Below, one piece after another: positions 58,750-64,000 of a stretch of DNA of 64,000 nucleotides. Location: positions 1,544 through 65,543 of the forward strand of contig JAEDFU010000004.1 in assembly GCA_016297915.1 (NCBI GenBank). Reading direction: 5' to 3'. Each line of letters begins with the position of its first letter. The first letter of the stretch is position 1. Source of the stretch: Clostridia bacterium (GTDB lineage: Bacteria > Bacillota > Clostridia > Christensenellales > UBA1242). The notes beneath the pieces were generated by a model that was not told where the DNA came from, did not search any database, and saw nothing but the letters and a program-made list of their open reading frames with translations. Both the position numbers and the translations under genes were made by a program.

Positions 58750-60867
58750 TTATTTTTCCATAGGATTATCGCTAACAAAATCATTATGCATTCCTAATGA
58801 CCTTTCATAGTTTAAATCTTTAAATAAAGACGCTTCTTCTACTTTTTTATCAACATCTTTATGATTCTCATCAAATGCCCTACGCTCAAAATTCATTCTA
58901 GCTCGTTCTAGGCTTTCTGCCAAAGAAGTTGATTCCTCTTTAGGTGTATCCATAGGATTCTCAGAAACTGGCTCTTTTTGCGAAGTGGTTTGTTTTTCGC
59001 CATAGTAGTTGCCAAAAGTAGGTTCTTCTGATTTTCTATCATCTTGTAATCCTGCAGTACTTTCTTGCAAATCTTCTCGGACAGCCTTTAGATTTTGCAA
59101 TTCATCAAACACAGATCCACCTACATTATCTTTTGCATATTGCGTTTTTGCACCATTTGTTGTTGTTTCTGTGTTATTAGCTGGTGACATTGTGTCATTA
59201 TCTAGTGTTTCCCCTGTATAAATTGGCGTTTGGGACTCAGTACGCTTATTATCAGTTTCTACTTCTACTGTCTTAGCGTGAGCTGTAACATTATACAAAG
59301 CAGAACCAATTTTGTCAGGATATGTTTTGACTGTCTCATCGTCTGAAACTTCTTTTGTGACATCTCCGGAAATAGATTTGCCTTCATTGCTAGTCTTGCT
59401 AGTTATTTCGCTTATAGTTTTTAATCTTTCTAGTCTAGTATCTCTAAGCTCGTTTTGATACTTTGCATTTTCGTCTCTATACGCTGCAACAGAGGCATCG
59501 TCATGGTCGTGGTCTACTGTGTGAGGTTGTGCCGAATCATTTTCAAAAATAGATTGATTTGATACTTGTGCACTATCTTTCAAGATACTATCTCTAAGAG
59601 CATCAGCCTGTCTTTTTTGAGCTTCTAGTTTTGCAATTTCTTCCACAATATTTGGCTGATTTTCAGCACTTTTTGGAGTTTGCATAGTACTTGTTTCTTG
59701 TGTCGCAAATTGCTGTTGTTGATCAACTATTTGTGGAGTTTGCTCCTCTTTTTGCTCTTGTTCGGATTCTTTTTCTTCGGATTCTGATTCCTCTTTTTCT
59801 TCGCTTTCAGCAGATGACTCATCAAACAATACAGGGTTTTCAAAGCTTGGATTAACTGGACTAGCACCCATTGAATGCATTTCACTTGCCTCAAATTCTT
59901 TGGCAAGAACAGTTGCATCGTCACTGCCTACTCCAGTGCCTTGAGCATCAAGAGTTGAATTATTTTCCAATGCTTGGTTCATCTGGTTTAGTTTTTGTCT
60001 ATCTGATGCATCAAGCATATTAATAGCCTTTTGCTCTGCCTTATCGCTTACTTTGTTTACATTTTCAGTAAACACTGCAAGAGCCTCGGTCATAGACATA
60101 TTGAATTCGTTTTCTTGATTCAAATAAATATCTTTTGTTCCAGATACTTCCTCAATACAAGCATCCAATAGTTCGTTTAATGATTTATAATTTTTTTCTT
60201 TGAGGAAAACATCTTGGATAAGTTCATATCTTTGATTAAATGCAGAAAGAACAGCATTACTAAATTCATTGTCCATTTTGGTTAGTTTGGAAAGACGCAT
60301 TGTAAAGTATTTGCCGTAAGCATCAAGCATTTTTTCCTCAGACAACTTTGAGAGTAGCAACATATACGCCTTTTTGGCAAGGATATAACTATCATCTATT
60401 GTCAAATCGTCAAGGGTCTTTTTTTCTTTGCCCTCATCATCACCTTCGTCAGACTCATCTGATACATTAAATCTTTCGTAAGAATCATGCAAAAAATCCT
60501 CAACTGTGCTCTTAAATTCGGCAATTTTTGTTTTGATAATATTTTGGAGATAACCATTAACCTTGTCAACCTCCTCAAGTACATAGAGTGAAGAGGTGGC
60601 ATTTTTGTCGTCATCTCTAGAATTATCAAAACAAATTTCAAACAAAATCTCGCCATAACCAAGCAGGTTTCCATTACAGTACATAGAATTGTTGTATGAA
60701 CTTTTTCTGATTTTTTTGAGATTTATAAGTTCATTTACAATTTGTGGAGCGATATTATAATTGCCTTTTTCGTCGTACTGACCTAGCAAATTATTTTTGA
60801 TAATATCCATTTTTTCGGTAACGAAATTATCTTGAGTATTTTTTCTTGTAAATTTATCGTTTTCCAT
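58750..60867 (-). CDS. hypothetical acidic protein (705 aa): folded N-terminal half plus long low-complexity C-terminal half
   Basis: GAGGA SD 8 nt upstream. No signal peptide or TM helix. aa ~330-705 are E/S/Q/T/D/N-rich (ESEEKEESESEEKESEQEQKEEQ). No recognisable domain. Confidence 0.55.
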   Translation of the reverse strand: MENDKFTRKNTQDNFVTEKMDIIKNNLLGQYDEKGNYNIAPQIVNELINLKKIRKSSYNNSMYCNGNLLGYGEILFEICFDNSRDDDKNATSSLYVLEEVDKVNGYLQNIIKTKIAEFKSTVEDFLHDSYERFNVSDESDEGDDEGKEKKTLDDLTIDDSYILAKKAYMLLLSKLSEEKMLDAYGKYFTMRLSKLTKMDNEFSNAVLSAFNQRYELIQDVFLKEKNYKSLNELLDACIEEVSGTKDIYLNQENEFNMSMTEALAVFTENVNKVSDKAEQKAINMLDASDRQKLNQMNQALENNSTLDAQGTGVGSDDATVLAKEFEASEMHSMGASPVNPSFENPVLFDESSAESEEKEESESEEKESEQEQKEEQTPQIVDQQQQFATQETSTMQTPKSAENQPNIVEEIAKLEAQKRQADALRDSILKDSAQVSNQSIFENDSAQPHTVDHDHDDASVAAYRDENAKYQNELRDTRLERLKTISEITSKTSNEGKSISGDVTKEVSDDETVKTYPDKIGSALYNVTAHAKTVEVETDNKRTESQTPIYTGETLDNDTMSPANNTETTTNGAKTQYAKDNVGGSVFDELQNLKAVREDLQESTAGLQDDRKSEEPTFGNYYGEKQTTSQKEPVSENPMDTPKEESTSLAESLERARMNFERRAFDENHKDVDKKVEEASLFKDLNYERSLGMHNDFVSDNPMEK

Positions 60868-60991
60868 ACTATTTTCCTCGTAAAGTAATTATATTTTGTG
60901 AGTGTTTAAACAAAATATCAAGTTTTTTTGAGTTTAATTTGCAATTACACTATTTATACAAGTATTGTATCATACTTAATCAAAAAAGAAA

Positions 60992-61032
60992 AACAAAAAA
61001 AATAACATCATGAAATTAATCATGATGTTATA
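60992..61032 (-). terminator. strong rho-independent terminator after tuf
   Basis: Stem ATAACATCATGA / TCATGATGTTAT followed by UUUUUUUUGUUUUU on the minus strand. Confidence 0.85.
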
Positions 61033-61054
61033 TGTTTGTGATTTACAAGTGAAA

Positions 61055-62257
61055 TTACTCGATGATTGAGCTAACAACACCCGAACCAACTGTTCTACCA
61101 CCCTCACGGATAGCGAAACGAAGACCTTGCTCGATAGCGATTGGAGTGATAAGTTTGATAGTCATTCTAACATTATCACCTGGCATAACCATTTCAACGC
61201 CTTCAGGAAGTTCGATTGTACCAGTAACATCTGTTGTACGGAAGTAGAATTGAGGTCTGTAACCATTGAAGAATGGAGTATGACGACCACCTTCTTCTTT
61301 CTTCAATACATAAACTTCAGCTGTGAAGTGAGTATGTGGATGAATTGAACCTGGTTTAGCAAGAACTTGTCCTCTTTCGATTTCGTTTCTTTGAACACCA
61401 CGAAGTAGAAGACCTACATTGTCTCCAGCTTCAGCTTGGTCAAGCATCTTTCTGAACATTTCAACACCAGTAATAACTGTTTGAAGTTTAGAACCCATAC
61501 CAACGATTTCTACAGTGTCACCAACTTTAACTGTTCCTCTCTCTACTCTACCTGTAGCAACTGTACCACGACCTGTGATTGTGAATACATCTTCAACTGG
61601 CATAAGGAATGGTTTGTCAGTTTCTCTTTGAGGATCTGGGATGTAAGTATCAAGAGCGTTCATAAGCTCGTTGATGCATTGACATGCAGGATCATCAACT
61701 CTACCTTCTTTAGCAGCTTCCAAAGCTTTTAGAGCAGAACCTTTGATAATTGGAGTTTTGTCTCCTGGGAAACCATACTCAGTAAGTAGGTCTCTGATTT
61801 CCATCTCTACTAGTTCAAGTAGTTCTGGGTCATTAACTTGGTCAGTTTTGTTCATGAATACAACAATGTATGGAACACCAACTTGTCTAGCAAGAAGGAT
61901 GTGCTCTCTTGTTTGAGGCATTGGACCATCAGTTGCAGCAACAACTAGGATAGCTCCATCCATTTGTGCAGCACCAGTGATCATGTTCTTAACATAGTCT
62001 GCGTGTCCTGGACAGTCAACATGCGCATAGTGACGCTTGTCTGTCTCGTATTCAACATGGGCGGTATTGATTGTAATACCTCTTTGTCTCTCTTCTGGTG
62101 CTTTGTCAATAGCGCCATAATCCATTGCAAGTGCTTTACCTTGAGCAGCAAGTGTCATAGTAATAGCAGCAGTCAATGTAGTTTTGCCGTGGTCAACGTG
62201 TCCAATGGTACCAACGTTAACATGAGGCTTAGTTCTTTCGTATTTTGCTTTTGCCAT
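61055..62257 (-). CDS. tuf: elongation factor Tu
   Basis: [45 protein letters not shown]. Confidence 0.97.
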   Translation of the reverse strand: MAKAKYERTKPHVNVGTIGHVDHGKTTLTAAITMTLAAQGKALAMDYGAIDKAPEERQRGITINTAHVEYETDKRHYAHVDCPGHADYVKNMITGAAQMDGAILVVAATDGPMPQTREHILLARQVGVPYIVVFMNKTDQVNDPELLELVEMEIRDLLTEYGFPGDKTPIIKGSALKALEAAKEGRVDDPACQCINELMNALDTYIPDPQRETDKPFLMPVEDVFTITGRGTVATGRVERGTVKVGDTVEIVGMGSKLQTVITGVEMFRKMLDQAEAGDNVGLLLRGVQRNEIERGQVLAKPGSIHPHTHFTAEVYVLKKEEGGRHTPFFNGYRPQFYFRTTDVTGTIELPEGVEMVMPGDNVRMTIKLITPIAIEQGLRFAIREGGRTVGSGVVSSIIE

Positions 62258-62292
62258 TTTTTAATATCCTCCTAAATTTATTTAATTAAAAA

Positions 62293-64000
62293 TTAGCTTT
62301 TTTTGTTTTCGCCTATAACTTTGTCGGCGATATTTTTTGGAACCTCTAGATAATGAGAGAATTCCATACTGAAAGTTCCACGACCTTGAGTAAGTCCACG
62401 AAGATCTGTAGCATAACCAAACATTTCTCCAAGAGGAATCTCTGCGTGAATAACTTGAGTACCGTTACGCAAATCAGTGCCACTTAGCACGCCACGCCTA
62501 CGGGTAATATTACCCATAACATCGCCTAAGTAGTCATCAGGTGTTTCAACTTCAACCTTCATAATTGGTTCAAGTAAAACAGGGTCTGCCTTTCTCGCAC
62601 CTTCTTTGAAAGCTAGCGAGCCAGCAATTTTATATGCCATTTCTGATGAGTCTACATCGTGATAAGAACCATCAAAAAGCGTAACCATAAAATCAACGGT
62701 TTCAAATCCAGCAAGAACACCATTTTGTTTTGCTTCTTGAATACCTGCGTCGATAGCTGGGATATATTCCTTAGGAATAGCACCACCAACAATCTTGTTT
62801 TCAAATTTGTAACCTTCTCCGGCTGGAAGTGGAGTAAGTTTAACCCAACAGTGACCGTATTGACCACGACCACCAGATTGTTTGATATACTTACCTTCAA
62901 CTTCAACTTCCTTGCGGATAGTCTCTCTGTAAGCAACTTGAGGAGCACCAACATTGGCGTCTACCTTAAATTCTCTCTTTAGTCTATCTACAATAATTTC
63001 AAGGTGAAGTTCACCCATTCCGGCAATGATTGTTTGACCAGTTTCTTGGTCAGTGTATGTCTTAAATGTTGGGTCTTCCTCAGCAAGTTTTACAAGTGCT
63101 ATAACCATTTTTTCTTGGTCAGCCTTAGTCTTAGGCTCAATAGCAACTCTAATAACTGGCTCTGGGAAATCCATACTTTCAAGCACGATTGGCTTATTTT
63201 CTGCACATAGTGTATCACCAGTAGTTGTATCCTTAAGTCCTACTAGTGCTACGATTTCACCTGCGTAAGCCTCTTCGATTTCTTCACGGTGATTAGCGTG
63301 CATTCTTATAATTCTACCGATTCTTTCTTTTTTGTCCTTGCAACTATTGTATACATAGCTACCTGCTGTAAGAACACCAGAATAGATACGGAAGAATGTA
63401 AGTCTACCAACATAAGGGTCAGTCATAATCTTGAATGCAAGACCAGCAAATGGTTCTGTATCCGAACTATGTCTATCCTCTTCGATATCTGTGCCAGGTT
63501 TGGTACCTCTAATAGCCACGATATCTGTTGGCGCTGGCATGTAGTCTACGATTGCGTCAAGCAATTTTTGAATACCTTTGTTTTTGAAAGATGTACCACA
63601 AACAACTGGGTTTAGTTTACCAGCGATAGTACCCTTTCTGATACCTTTTTTGATTTCTTCAACTGTCAAATCGCCAGTCTCAAAATATTTTTCCATCAAG
63701 GCATCGTCTTGTTCAGCAGCAACTTCAACAAGTTCTGCTCTAAATTTGTTTGCTTTTTCTTTGTACTCAGCAGGAATTTCCTCTACTCTAATTTTTGAAC
63801 CAGTCTCGTCATCATAATAAGTTGCATTCATTTCAACTAGGTCTATGATTCCTCTAAATTCGTCTGCTTCGCCAATAGGCAATTGGATAGCAACTGCATT
63901 AGCCTTTAGTCTAGCTTTCATGCTGTCGATAACTTTTTCGAAGTTAGCGTCGTTAATATCCATTTTGTTTACATAAGCCATTCTAGGAACATTATATTTG
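62293..64000 (-). CDS. fusA: elongation factor G, 5'-truncated by the right window edge
   Basis: The frame stays open to base 64000 ([14 protein letters not shown] = G4 region). Domains II-V are present. Confidence 0.95.
   Translation of the reverse strand, partial: KYNVPRMAYVNKMDINDANFEKVIDSMKARLKANAVAIQLPIGEADEFRGIIDLVEMNATYYDDETGSKIRVEEIPAEYKEKANKFRAELVEVAAEQDDALMEKYFETGDLTVEEIKKGIRKGTIAGKLNPVVCGTSFKNKGIQKLLDAIVDYMPAPTDIVAIRGTKPGTDIEEDRHSSDTEPFAGLAFKIMTDPYVGRLTFFRIYSGVLTAGSYVYNSCKDKKERIGRIIRMHANHREEIEEAYAGEIVALVGLKDTTTGDTLCAENKPIVLESMDFPEPVIRVAIEPKTKADQEKMVIALVKLAEEDPTFKTYTDQETGQTIIAGMGELHLEIIVDRLKREFKVDANVGAPQVAYRETIRKEVEVEGKYIKQSGGRGQYGHCWVKLTPLPAGEGYKFENKIVGGAIPKEYIPAIDAGIQEAKQNGVLAGFETVDFMVTLFDGSYHDVDSSEMAYKIAGSLAFKEGARKADPVLLEPIMKVEVETPDDYLGDVMGNITRRRGVLSGTDLRNGTQVIHAEIPLGEMFGYATDLRGLTQGRGTFSMEFSHYLEVPKNIADKVIGENKKS

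Noticed and set aside
1-64000. Search for rRNA, tRNA, CRISPR arrays, IS elements, transposases, integrases, and toxin-antitoxin or defence cassettes
   Set aside because: I could not find any spaced direct-repeat array, cloverleaf-like sequence in the intergenic gaps, transposase- or integrase-like ORF, or terminal inverted repeats. This was visual inspection only, and a tRNAscan/Infernal run would be definitive.

Overview
Core chromosomal region of a low-GC, standard-genetic-code Bacillota-type bacterium. EF-Tu and the r-protein sequences look Clostridia-like, but no organism can be named from the sequence alone. About 85% of genes are on the minus strand. The window holds almost the whole ribosomal-protein and translation gene set, in transcription order (high to low coordinate): fusA (partial), tuf, rpmG-secE-nusG-rplK-rplA, rplJ-rplL, then a complete S10-spc-alpha cluster (rpsJ through rplQ, 34604 down to 18649), including secY, adk, map, infA, rpmJ and rpoA. 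Lineage-specific islands sit between these blocks. (1) 57.5-60.9 kb: two orphan proteins. (2) 52.3-54.8 kb: an ABC-F ATPase and a GNAT protein. (3) 35.2-51.0 kb: YitT, rplI, DUF1540, two tandem YugP-type Zn-peptidases, orphans, AddAB, a 704-aa membrane coiled-coil protein, a PRC-barrel-like protein, an SPFH/zinc-ribbon protein and DUF1858. The low-coordinate end carries housekeeping genes: a trxB-like gene, glmM, ung, a patatin-like lipase, a ComEC-type MBL protein, tkt, PFOR, truA, gltX and partial cls. I found no rRNA, tRNA, CRISPR array, transposase, integrase or recognisable defence or prophage module. No clearly novel multi-gene system is demonstrable from sequence alone. The most unusual items are listed here. 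(a) A hairpin-dense 312-nt spacer between rpmJ and rpsM. (b) Several enzymes with eroded nucleotide-binding motifs: a TrxR-like protein without NADPH motifs, a shikimate-kinase-fold pseudoenzyme, and an ABC-F protein with one degenerate ATP site. (c) Orphan genes at synteny breakpoints. (d) Charged extensions on translation and secretion proteins. All functional calls come from motif recognition by eye, because no database search was possible.
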